Source: Squalus acanthias
Taxonomy: Eukaryota
Direction: 5' to 3'
DNA: 64,000 nucleotides
Assembly: GCA_030390025.1 (NCBI GenBank)
Contig: JASTWF010000257.1
Coordinates: forward strand, 372,001 to 436,000
Shown in pieces: positions 23,131-34,500 of the stretch (positions within the stretch are counted from its first letter, which is position 1; every line of letters begins with the position of its first letter). Made by a program: the position numbers and the translations under genes. Under the pieces are notes generated by a model. That model ran no database searches, was not told where the DNA came from, and saw only the letters and a list, made by a program, of their open reading frames with translations.

Positions 23131-23403
23131 CTGATGTTTGACGTGGGGAGAAGTCCTCTGCTCCGCTGGGGCCCGAGATGACCCGATGGACGCTGGCTAC
23201 ACTGAACGAATGATCAAATGTCCGGAGGTGGCTGGAAAACCAGGTGCTCGAGTGGTAGGCAGGGGTCCTTTCGTCCTCCGTCAGGTGCGTGGCCCAGTTT
23301 ACACTGGTCTCTTGCGGAACGTACTTGTTGATCTCACAGTGCGGTTTTTCACTTGGATTTTTGGGCTTTTTGAAACCGGGGTGAGTAGTCACTCTAGAAT
23401 AAT
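23131..23403 (-). CDS. TAPBP: Tapasin N-domain exon, second half (DYSRVTTHPGFKKPKNPSEKPHCEINKYVPQETSVNWATHLTEDERTPAYHSSTWFSSHL...SPRQTS)
   Basis: Strong acceptor ttttctcttcttcacttttgtcaaacag. PHCEINKYVP..S..WA..LT resembles human PHCEMSRFVP..SAKWASGLT. Donor tcag|gtacca gives 273 nt, phase 1; the donor is the least certain boundary. Confidence 0.88.
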
Positions 23404-23888
23404 CTGTTTGACAAAAGTGAAGAAGAGAAAACAAACTGCATGAAATAACTGGGTAATTCTTGTCACTCTTTTGTCTGTTACAGCTCGCACTAACATCAGA
23501 CGTTGCGGTCCATTAGAGCACTGCCCTTCGACCTCTGGGACCCGATCTCCCATCAAGCACAGACGGGGAAGAAAGCCTCTTGTTTCTGGCTGTAAGAGTT
23601 GTTTGTGTGAAATACCTTGGGACAGTTTCCAATTTGCCCTAATGCGAGAGTGAGCCCGTAGCACAAAACCCTTCGTAATTCAGAATTCGGCAGCAACAAG
23701 CACTAAATTATAAATCTCACTATCTCACTGGGAGAAGCAGTCAGTGTGGAGACGGGGCTGTCACAATGCTTCTATAGACAGGTTGAATTGCTGTCACATA
23801 GAAGAAGAAGGGACTTTACTCTGTATGTAAGCCATGTTGTAAAAACCAGTGAAGGAATCCCTTTGTACTTTTAACAGTGTATCTTACA

Positions 23889-23889
<1 letters not shown>

Positions 23890-23921
<32 letters not shown>

Positions 23922-23990
23922 ATTGTGCAAGCGTGCACGTGTGTAATTGTGTGCGAGTGTGTGTATGCACATGCGTGTGAGGTATTCTGT
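23890..23990. repeat. (TG)n microsatellite with a degenerate TG-rich extension
   Basis: About 14 perfect TG units at 23890-23918. Confidence 0.9.
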
Positions 23991-24092
23991 GTGCTAGTGT
24001 GTTGTTAGTAAATTAGAATTAGAATGAAACTGCAATCACAAGACAGATCTGCTTTATTTCATAAACCTGTATGTTTAAGATAGAGACTATAA

Positions 24093-24850
24093 GAGCTGGA
24101 TTTTGAATGACCCATGGAGTCGGGTTTGGAGGCGTGTGGGGGGTTAAATTTGCGGGATCGGGGTTTCCGACCCCATCCCGACTCCATCCCGCCTCCACGC
24201 AATTTTGACAAAATCAGTCGCGGGGTTCCCGACTCCGTCCCGCCAACAAGAGGCGGGAGAGGCCATTAAAGCCCTTAACAAGCTCTAAATTGGCTCTGTA
24301 ATGCCATTTTGAAACGTTTTAGCTAGTTTAACCCTTTTCTGACGTGAAGCACGCCTGGTATGAAACACTCCAGTGAAACCTGGCGGGAGCACAAGTGGAC
24401 AGCTGACTATCAGCTGCAGGTCCACTATTACAACGGAGATGTGATGAAGGTAGTAGTAGTATTAGGTCTGAAAGTCGCCGCTGCTGCATTGAATGTCTTC
24501 AGAGACTGCCTGGCCTTTGCTGTGAGAGGACTTGGATGCAAAAAATTCTCTCTCCCTCTCCCCTCCCCCCATATTTTGCATCCAGGTCCACTCACATCAA
24601 AAGCAAGCCAGGCAGGTCCTCTCTCACCAACAGTCTCCGAGACTAGGCAGTCAGCAATGATGACATCATCAGAGACGACTTTCAGACTGAAACCACTAAT
24701 TAGTTCATGGGTTCCCACATGCTCCAACTCAATTGCCCAATTAAGTGAAAATTGCATCATTCATCCACATTAATCTGGAGTCGGTGGGGGGGGGGAACAC
24801 GAAATGCGGATTACACAACCCCAACCCGACCCCAAGACAAAATCCAGCCC
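24093..24850. mobile_element. Non-autonomous DNA transposon (PIF/Harbinger-like) with 12-bp TIRs and TAA target-site duplication
   Basis: taa|gagctggatttt ... aaaatccagccc|taa. A related copy lies at 26399-27141. Confidence 0.7.
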
Positions 24851-24920
24851 TAAGATTCTGGATGAGAATACTCTGCCAACCATCGCCATTCTTGAACTGG
24901 AGCTGACCTTAGAACACTAA

Positions 24921-25062
24921 GGGGGCGAGAAATTCGCCTTGGGCAGTGGCGCGAAACGGGCGGTATCGGAACGGCCGTTCCAATATCAGGCACGGCGTAG
25001 AACGGGCGGCCGATCCGACACCGCCCGTTTCGTGCCATCGCCCAAGGCGAATTTCTCACCCC
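24921..25062. mobile_element. ~140-bp fold-back palindromic MITE-like element
   Basis: ggggcgagaaattcgccttgggcagtggcgcgaaacgggcggtatcgga pairs with tccgacaccgcccgtttcgtgccatcgcccaaggcgaatttctcacccc. No clear TSD. Confidence 0.7.
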
Positions 25063-25137
25063 TCGGCAGTTTAATTACCTTTTTGATATAAACAAGCCGC
25101 TGACAAATATACAAAGGCCCTGGGAATATCCAAGATC

Positions 25138-25840
25138 TGAGCGAGTGAGTGAGTGAGAGTGAGAGTGTGAGTGAATGAGTGAGTGAGAGTGAGTGAGTGA
25201 GAGTGAATGAGTGAGAGTGNNNNNNNNNNNNNNNNNNNNNNNNNNNNNNNNNNNNNNNNNNNNNNNNNNNNNNNNNNNNNNNNNNNNNNNNNNNNNNNNN
25301 NNNNNNNNNNNNNNNNNNNNNNNNNNNNNNNNNNNNNNNNNNNNNNNNNNNNNNNNNNNNNNNNNNNNNNNNNNNNNNNNNNNNNNNNNNNNNNNNNNNN
25401 NNNNNNNNNNNNNTGAGTGAGAGTGAGTGANNNNNNNNNNNNNNNNNNNNNNNNNNNNNNNNNNNNNNNNNNNNNNNNNNNNNNNNNNNNNNNNNNNNNN
25501 NNNNNNNNNNNNNNNNNNNNNNNNNNNNNNNNNNNNNNNNNNNNNNNNNNNNNNNNNNNNNNNNNNNNNNNNNNNNNNNNNNNNNNNNNNNNNNNNNNNN
25601 NNNNNNNNNNNNNNNNNNNNNNNNNNNNNNNNNNNNNNNNNNNNNNNNNNNNNNNNNNNNNNNNNNNNNNNNNNNNNNNNNNNNNNNNNNNNNNNNNNNN
25701 NNNNNNNNNNNNNNNNNNNNNNNNNNNNNNNNNNNNNNNNNNNNNNNNNNNNNNNNNNNNNNNNNNNNNNNNNNNNNNNNNNNNNNNNNNNNNNNNNNNN
25801 NNNNNNNNNNNNNNNNNNNNNNNNNNNNNNNNNNNNNNNN
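25138..25840. other. (GAGT/GA)n simple repeat with two assembly gaps (N at 25220-25413 and 25431-25840)
   Basis: Directly visible. Confidence 0.95.
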
Positions 25841-26398
25841 TGCAGGAGGTGTGTGAAATCTTTACAATGCCAGCACAGGCTGGTGAAGCAACAAGCTGAT
25901 CTTTGCACAGGAAGCAATGTTTCTGGAGATACATAAACATTGTTTTGCTGCCTAGTTAAGAAGCACGTCACATGATTTAACTATCAGTTTTTAAAAGTTT
26001 TCTGGTCCCACTTGGTTCCTGCGGCGCAACATATAATTGGGTGAAGAAAATATATTATAGAACCAACACAATCCTAAAGGGCCAGGTCTGTGAAAGGATT
26101 GCAGTTAGCCGACAAGGCAGTAACAATCCTTCAGTTGGACAGTGGGCCTTTGTCCACTCCGTTGATATCACCACTAGAGGCTGTTTGTTGTGGAACTTTC
26201 CTTTGGTACAATGATTTAATTGGCAGTTGTCAGAAGAATCACATAGGCTGTAGTTTCAGGCCTTAAACAGATGGGAGTGAGCAGCCGCGTGCAGTCTGTA
26301 CCCTGGAACAAGAGGACTTCGAGCTACAGTCAGGGTCAGACCTGGTCTGCTGCGTCCCAGGCTTGGTAAATTAGCAACCTGTTCGGTTTACAGATAGA

Positions 26399-27141
26399 GG
26401 GCTGGATTTTGATACTGGGGCCAGCCAGCCAGCCAGGTTTCACAATCGTGGTTCACAAGGGTGGAGGCGGTGAGGATGTTCCCAATGATGGGTGAAACTA
26501 GAACTAGGGGACATAATCTTAGAATAAGGGGCTGCTCTTTCAAAACTGAGATGAGGAGAAACTTTTTCACTCAGGAGGGTAGTGGGTCTGTGGAATTTGC
26601 TACCCCAGGAAGCTGTGGAAGCAACATCATTAAATAAATTTAAAACAGAAATAGACCGTTTCCTAGAAGTAAAGGGAATCAGGGGTTACGGGGAGCGGGC
26701 TGGAAATTGGACATGAGTCTAGGTTCGGATTGGTCAAGGCCCTGTGGGTGGCGGAGCGGGCCCAGGGGCCGAGTGGCCTGGTCCTGCTCCTACTTCTTGT
26801 GTTCTTTAGAGTTGAGGTTGGATCAGATCAGCCATGATCTCATTGAATGGCGGAGCAGGCTCGAGGGGCCGATTGGTCTACTCCTGCTCCTATTTCTTAT
26901 GTTCTTATTAAGGGTTAAAATCACAAAGGCCTTTCAAAATGGCATTATAGAGACAATTTAGTGCTTGTTAAGGGCCTTAACAGTCTATCCCGCCTCTTAG
27001 AGGCGGGACGGAGTCGGGACCAGCAGACACGATTTAATGAAAATTGCGTGGAGGCGGGATGGAGGCGGGCTTGTGCCTGCCCGCCAGTTTTCGCAATTTT
27101 AACCCCCCACACGCCTCCAAGGGTCAATGAAAATCCAGCCC
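26399..27141. mobile_element. Second copy of the Harbinger-like non-autonomous element, opposite orientation, interrupted by a CR1 fragment
   Basis: aga|gggctggatttt ... aaaatccagccc|aga (3-bp TSD). 26935-27141 is the reverse complement of 24093-24315. Confidence 0.68.
26458..26910 (+). mobile_element. CR1 3' fragment with two tandem 3'-tail modules
   Basis: Highly similar to 63825-64000. The tails end at cctgctcctacttcttgtgttctt (~26807) and cctgctcctatttcttatgttcttat (~26908). Confidence 0.88.
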
Positions 27142-27243
27142 AGAATCTTTACTATACAACTGTACTATTGCACCAACGAGTATTTTGTTCAATCTCTTGT
27201 TGACAATAAATATTTTGTGCCCATTGGCATACGAGTCATAATA

Positions 27244-27799
27244 CAGGAAACTCTTTATTAACCAGCACCGACGGGACCGGCGTGGTGCCGGTTTATCGAA
27301 AGTACCGGATAACGGAGAGTTATATCTACCGAGGCTATTTTTAACAAAGAAAAATAAATAAATCAATCAAGAAATGTGCAGTATACTTCCGACAGCGCCA
27401 GGAGGCCGAGTAGTGGCACTTTTGAAAACTACCCCTACTGACTAAATCGGCGTTCGCGGACTCGGACTCGGACTCGGGATCGGGATCGGCAACATTGCTG
27501 GTTATTTGAGAGGAGTTTTCGGAGTACTCGGCGTTCGCGGAGACTCGACTGCGACACGGCAACATTGCCGGTTATTTGAGAGGAGTTTTCGGAGTACTCG
27601 GCGTTCGCGGAGACTCGACTGCGACACGGCAACATTGCCGGTTATTTGAGAGGAGTTTTCGGAGTACTCGGCGTTTGCGGAGACTCGACTGCGACACGGC
27701 AACATTGCCGGTTATTTGAGAGGAGTTTTCGGAGGATGATTTTTGCCGGTTAAGCGAGAATTCCGGATATTTGGGTGCCGGATAAACAAAAGTTTCCTG
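27244..27799. mobile_element. Tc1/mariner (pogo/Tigger-like) non-autonomous element with TA TSD
   Basis: Left end ta|caggaaactctttattaaccagcacc; right end reverse complement ta|caggaaacttttgtttatccggcacc. These are ~26-bp imperfect TIRs starting with CAG and flanked by TA. Confidence 0.75.
27448..27734. repeat. 70-bp CpG-rich tandem repeat, ~4 copies, inside the Tc1/mariner-like element
   Basis: gttatttgagaggagttttcggag recurs at 27501, 27571, 27641 and 27711. Confidence 0.95.
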
Positions 27800-27822
27800 T
27801 ACTGAGAAATCTACGGTCTTAC

Positions 27823-28041
27823 CTATAACATCAAAAAACATGCCAGGCTTCAGGTCCGAGGGCAGGGCCAGGTCCGAGGGCAATTCCGTCTCCGCCCCAT
27901 TTTGATACGAGACTTGGCGGAGCAGCATCAGAGCTTGCTCCTGGACAATGGAGCTGGGGAAACTGCTCTTTCCACCGCCTTCCTCCACAAACCAGCAGTC
28001 CACCACCATGCCAATATCTGACAAACCATCCAGGCTGATCA
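27823..28041 (-). CDS. TAPBP: Tapasin N-domain exon, first half (ISLDGLSDIGMVVDCWFVEEGGGKSSFPSSIVQEQALMLLRQ...PSDLKPGMFFDVI)
   Basis: Acceptor ccctttctctttacag, donor atag|gtaaga, 219 nt, phase 1. VDCWFVEE...ALMLLRQ resembles human IECWFVED...ALLLRQ. Confidence 0.93.
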
Positions 28042-28559
28042 CTGTAAAGAGAAAGGGCCAGTGCGTTACCGTGACACTCGCGAACATAGCACAGGTGAAC
28101 TGGGCGGCGGGCAGCATTGCTCCAATTCGAATCTTGTTGGAGATTTCAAGGAAAGCTCGAATGTGTTATTTCCTCCCTTTTGCCAGTGACGGGAACCTGT
28201 TTCTTCCCAGTGTGCTCCAGTTACAATCTGTACAAATATATTAAACATCTTCAAGCTGCACGCCGTCAGTTTTATCCATTATAAATTCCCGTGCCCACGT
28301 TTACAATGGGCTCTGCCTATGTAAATTTGTCACCCTCTCCCTGTGAAGGTGCTGCAGCGCTGCCACTGGTGGGACGGTGTCATTACAGTAAATCAGAATG
28401 ACACAGCCCGCAGGGGAGGTCAACAAATGGGGCATGTTTTCCACTTCAATGCTGCCAGTGTAAGCCAAAAAGCACCCAACTGCCGATTTCCATCGCTTAT
28501 ATCAGTACAGCCCTCTGCAGTGCAATTGGAGTAATTGCCAGAACATAAGGCAGGAGACT

Positions 28560-31500
28560 GAGTGTCAGTATTTGCAGGAGGTCACTGGGAGTGTGTCACT
28601 ACTGACAGGGGTCCCTGGGAGTGTGTCAGTATTTACAGGGGGTCCCTGGGAGTGTGTCAGTATTTACAGGGGGTCCCTGGGAGTGTGTCAGTATTTACAG
28701 GGGGTCCCTCAGAATGTGTCATTATTGACAGGGGGTCCCTGTCAATGTGTCAGTATTTACAGGAGGTCCCTGGGAGTGTGTCAGTATTTACAGGGGGTCC
28801 CTGGGAGTGTGTCAGTATTTACAGGGGGTCCCTGGGAGTGTGTCAGTATTTACAGGAGGTCACTGGGAGTGTGTCAGTATTTACAGGGGGTCCCTGGGAG
28901 TGTGTCACTATTTACAGGGGGTCACTGGGAGTGTGTCAGTATTTACAGGGGGTCCCTGGGAGTGTGTCAGTGTTTACAGGGGGTCCGCGGGAGTGTGTCA
29001 GTATTTACAGGAGGTCCCTGGGGGTGTGTCAGTATTTACAGGAGGTCACTGGGAGTGTGTCAGTATTTACAGGGGGTCCCTCAGAATGTGTCATTATTGA
29101 CAGGGGGTCCCTGTCAATGTGTCAGTATTTACAGGAGGTCCCTGGGAGTGTGTCAGTATTTACAGGGGGTCCCTGGGAGTGTGTCAGTATTTACAGGGGG
29201 TCCCTGGGAGTGTGTCAGTATTTACAGGAGGTCACTGGGAGTGTGTCAGTATTTACATGGGGTCCCTCGGGGTGTGTCAGTATTTACAGGGGGTACCTGG
29301 GAGTGTGTCAGTATTTACAGGGGGTCACTGGGAGAGTGTCAATATTAACAGGGGGTCCCTGGGAGTGTGTCAGTATTTACAGGGGGTCCCTGGGAGAGTG
29401 TCAATATTAACAGGGGATCCCTGGCAATGTGTCAGTATTTACAGGGGGTCCCTGGGAGTGTGTCAGTGTTTACAGGGGGGTCCCTGGGAGTGTGTCAATA
29501 TTTACAGGGGGTCCCTGGGAGTGTGTCAGTATTTACAGGGGGTCCCTGGGAGTATGTCAGTGTTTACAGGGGGTCCCTGGGAGTGTGTCAATATTTACAG
29601 GGGGTCCCTGGGAGTATGTCAATATTTACAGGGGGTCCCTGGGAGTGTGTCAGTATTTACAGTGGGTCCCTGGGAGTGTGTCAATATTTACAGGGGGTCC
29701 CTGGGAGTGTATCAGTATTTACAGGGGATCCCTGGGAGTCTGTCAATATTTACAAGGGTTCCCTGGGAGTGTGTCAGTATTTACAGGGGGTCAGTGTGAG
29801 TCTGTCAGTATTTACAGGGGGTCCCTGGGAGTGTGTCAGTCTTTACATGGGGTCCCTGGGAGTGTGTCAGTATTTACATGGGATCCCTGGGAGTATGTCA
29901 GTATTTACAGGGGATCCCTGGGAGTATGTCAGTATTTACAGGGGATCCCTGGGAGTATGTCAGTATTTACAGGGGATCCCTGGGAGTATGTCAGTATTTA
30001 CATGGGATCCCTGGGAGTGTGTCAGTATTTACAGGGGGTCACTGGGAGTGTGTCAGTATTGACAGGGGGTCCCCGGGAGTGTGTCAGTATTTACAGGAGG
30101 TCACTGGGAGTGTGTCAGTATTTACAGGGGGTCCCTGGGAGTCTGTCAGTATTTACAGGGGGTCCCTGGGAGTGTGTCAGTATTTACAGGGGGCCCCTGG
30201 GAGTGTGTCAGTATTTACAGGGGGTCACTGGGAGGGTGTCAGTATTTACAGGGGGTCCCTGGGAGTGTGTAAAAATTTACAGGGGGTCCCTGGGAGTGTG
30301 TCAGCATTTACAGGGGGTCGCTGGAAGTGTATCAGTATTTACAGGAGGTTCCTGGGAGTGTGTCAGTATTTACAGGGGGTCCCTGGAATATTAACAGGGG
30401 GTCCCTGGGAGTGTGTCAGTATTTACAGGGGGTCCCTGGGAGAGTGTCAATATTAACAGGGGATCCCTGGCAATGTGCCAGTATTTACAGGGGGTCCCTG
30501 GGAGTGTGTCAGTGTTTACAGGGGGGTCCCTGGGAGTGTGTCAATATTTACAGGGGGTCCCTGGGAGTGTGTCAGTATTTACAGGGGGTCCCTGGGAGTA
30601 TGTCAGTGTTTACAGGGGGTCCCTGGGAGTGTGTCAATATTTACAGGGGGTCCCTGGGAGTATGTCAGTATTTACAGGGGGTCCCTGGGAGTGTGTCAGT
30701 ATTTACAGTGGGTCCCTGGGAGTGTGTCAATATTTACAGGGGGTCCCTGGGAGTGTATCAATATTTACAGGGGATCCCTGGGAGTCTGTCAATATTTACA
30801 AGGGGTCCCTGGGAGTGTGTCAGTATTTACAGGGGGTCAGTGTGAGTCTGTCAGTATTTACAGCGGGTCCCTGGGAGTGTGTCAGTCTTTACATGGGGTC
30901 CCTGGGAGTGTGTCAGTATTTACAGGAGGTCCCTGGGAGTGTGTCAGTATTTACATGGGATCCCTGGGAGTATGTCAGTATTTACAGGGGATCCCTGGGA
31001 GTATGTCAGTATTTACAGGGGATCCCTGGGAGTGTGTCAGTATTTACAGGGGGTCACTGGGGGTGTGTCAGTATTGACAGGGGGTCCCCGGGAGTGTGTC
31101 AGTATTTACAGGAGGTCACTGGGAGTGTGTCAGTATTTACAGGGGGTCCCTGGGAGTCTGTCAGTATTTACAGGGGGTCCCTGGGGGTGTGTCAGTATTT
31201 ACAGGGGGCCCCTGGGAGTGTGTCAGTATTTACAGGGGGTCACTGGGAGGGTGTCAGTATTTACAGGGGGTCCCTGGGAGTGTGTAAAAATTTACAGGGA
31301 GGTCCCTGGGAGTGTGTCAGCATTTACAGGGGGTCGCTGGAAGTGTATCAGTATTTACAGGAGGTTCCTGGGAGTGTGTCAGTATTTACAGGAGGCCCCG
31401 GGAGTGTGTCAGTATTTACAGGGGTTCCCCGGGAGTGTGTCAGTATTTACAGGGGGTCCCCGGGAGTGTGTCAGTATTTAGAGGGGGTCCCTGGAAATGT

Positions 31501-34500
31501 GTCAGTATTTACAGGAGGTCCCCGGGACTGTGTCAGTATTTACAGGGGGTCCCCGGGAGTGGGTCAGTATTTACAGGGGGTCCCTGGCAATGTATCAGTA
31601 TTTACAGGGGGTCCCTGGCAATGTATCAGTATTTACAGGAGGTCCCTGGGAGTGTGTCAGTATTTACAGGGGGTCCCTGGGAGTATGTCAGTGTTTACAG
31701 GGGGTCCCTGGGAGTGTGTCAATATTTACAGGGGGTCCCTGGGAGTGTGTCAGTATTTACAGGGGGTCCCTGTCAATGTGTCAGTATTTACAGGAGGTCC
31801 CTGGGAGTGTGTCAGTATTGACAGGGGGTCCCTGGGAGTGTGTCAGTATTTACAGGGGGTCCCTGGGAGTGTGTCAGTATTTACAGGAGGTCACTGGGAG
31901 TGTGTCAGTATTTACATGGGGTCCCTCGGGGTGTGTCAGTATTTACAGGGGGTCCCTGGGAGTGTGTCAGTATTTACAGGAGGTCACTGGGAGTGTGTCA
32001 GTATTTGCAGGGGGCCCCTGGGAGTGTGTCAGTATTTACAGGGGGTCACTGGGAGAGTGTCAATATTAACAGGGGGTCCCTGGGAGTGTGTCAGTATTTA
32101 CAGGGGGTCCCTGGGAGAGTGTCAATATTAACAGGGGATCCCTGGCAATGTGTCAGTATTTACAGGGGGTCCCTGGGAGTGTGTCAGTGTTTACAGGGGG
32201 GTCCCTGGGAGTGTGTCAATATTTACAGGGGGTCGCTGGAAGTGTATCAGTATTTACAGGAGGTTCCTGGGAGTGTGTCAGTATTTACAGGAGGCCCCGG
32301 GAGTGTGTCAGTATTTACAGGGGTTCCCCCGGAGTGTGTCAGTATTTACAGGGGGTCCCCGGGAGTGTGTCAGTATTTAGAGGGGGTCCCTGGAAATGTG
32401 TCAGTATTTACAGGAGGTCCCCGGGACTGTGTCAGTATTTACAGGGGGTCCCCGGGAGTGGGTCAGTATTTACAGGGGGTCCCTGGCAATGTATCAGTAT
32501 TTACAGGGGGTCCCTGGCAATGTATCAGTATTTACAGGAGGTCCCTGGGAGTGTGTCAGTATTTACAGGGGGTCCCTGGGAGTATGTCAGTGTTTACAGG
32601 GGGTCCCTGGGAGTGTGTCAATATTTACAGGGGGTCCCTGGGAGTATGTCAGTATTTACAGGGGGTCCCTGGGAGTGTGTCAGTATTTACAGTGGGTCCC
32701 TGGGAGTGTGTCAATATTTACAGGGGGTCCCTGGGAGTGTATCAGTATTTACAGGGGATCCCTGGGAGTCTGTCAATATTTGCAAGGGGTCCCTGGGAGT
32801 GTGTCAGTATTTACAGGGGGTCAGTGTGAGTCTGTCAGTATTTACAGCGGGTCCCTGGGAGTGTGTCAGTCTTTACATGGGGTCCCTGGGAGTGTGTCAG
32901 TATTTACAGGAGGTCCCTGGGAGTGTGTCAGTATTTACATGGGATCCCTGGGAGTATGTCAGTATTTACAGGGGATCCCTGGGAGTATGTCAGTATTTAC
33001 AGGGGATCCCTGGGAGTGTGTCAGTATTTACAGGGGGTCACTGGGGGTGTGTCAGTATTTACAGGGGGTCCCCGGGAGTGTGTCAGTATTTACAGGAGGT
33101 CACTGGGAGTGTGTCAGTATTTACAGGGGGTCCCTGGGAGTCTGTCAGTATTTACAGGGGGTCCCTGGGGGTGTGTCAGTATTTACAGGGGGCCCCTGGG
33201 AGTGTGTCAGTATTTACAGGGGGTCACTGGGAGGGTGTCAGTATTTACAGGGGGTCCCTGGGAGTGTGTAAAAATTTACAGGGAGGTCCCTGGGAGTGTG
33301 TCAGCATTTACAGGGGGTCGCTGGAAGTGTATCAGTATTTACAGGAGGTTCCTGGGAGTGTGTCAGTATTTACAGGGGGTCCCTGGGAGAGTGTCAATAT
33401 TAACAGGGGGTCCCTGGGAGTGTGTCAGTATTTACAGGGGGTCCCTGGGAGAGTGTCAATATTAACAGGGGATCCCTGGCTATGTGTCAGTATTTACAGG
33501 GGGTCCATGGGAGTGTGTCAGTATTTACAGGGGCTCCCTGGGAGTGTGTCAGTATTTACAGGGTTCCCTGGCAATGTGTCAGTATTTACAGGGGGTCACT
33601 GGGAGTGTGTCGGTAGATACAGGGGGTCACTGGGAGTGTGTCAGTATTTACAGGGGGTCCCTGGGAGTGTGTCAGTATTTACAGGGGGTCCCTGGGAGAG
33701 TGTCAATATTTACAGGGGATCCCTGGCAATGTGTCAGTATTTACACAGGGTCCCTGGGAATGTGTGAATATTTACAGAGGGTCACTGGGAGTCCGTCAGT
33801 ATTTACAGGGGGTCCCTGGGAGTGTGTCAGTCTTTACATGGGGTCCCTGGGAGTGTGTCAGTATTTACAGGAGGTCCCTGGGAGTGTGTCAGTATTTACA
33901 TGGGATCCCTGGGAGTATGTCAGTATTGACAGGGGATCCCTGGGAGTATGTCAGTATTTACAGGGGATCCCTGGGAGTGTGTCAGTATTTACAGGGGGTC
34001 ACTGGGAGTGTGTCAGTATTTACAGGGGGTCCCCGGGAGTGTGTCAGTATTTACAGGAGGTCCCGGGAGTGGGTCAGTATTTACAGGGGGTCCCCGGGAG
34101 TGTGTCAGTATTTACAGGGGGTCCCGGGAGTGTGTCAGTATTTACAGGAGGCCCCGGGAGTGTGTCAGTATTTACAGGGGTTCCCCGGGAGTGTGTCAGT
34201 ATTTACAGGGGGTCCCCGGGAGTGTGTCAGTATTTAGAGGGGGTCCCTGGAAATGTGTCAGTATTTACAGGAGGTCCCCGGGACTGTGTCAGTATTTACA
34301 GGGGGTCCCCGGGAGTGGGTCAGTATTTACAGGGGGTCCCTGGCAATGTATCAGTATTTACAGGGGGTCCCTGGCAATGTATCAGTATTTACAGGAGGTC
34401 CCTGGGAGTGTGTCAGTATTTACAGGGGGTCTCGGAGTGTGTCAGTATTTACAGGGGGTCCCTGGGAGTGTGTCAGTATTTACAGGGGGTCCCTGGGAGT

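Noticed and set aside
25071-25971. ORFs spanning X runs
   Set aside because: They cross assembly gaps and a simple repeat.
27851-27882. 14-bp direct repeat within the exon (PSDLALPSDL)
   Set aside because: A small in-frame duplication in a variable loop with no evidence of significance.
6062-28041. Assignment as TAPBPR/TAPBPL instead of tapasin
   Set aside because: DCWFVEE, PHCEI..YVP..WA..LT, EWRYQ..G.G and the GPSIED...K transmembrane segment match TAPBP better. A phylogeny would settle it.
28560-28620. 31-bp unit derived from the DeuSINE motif cactggagtgtcag
   Set aside because: Similarity is only ~12-14 nt and no SINE flanks are visible, so the origin remains unknown.
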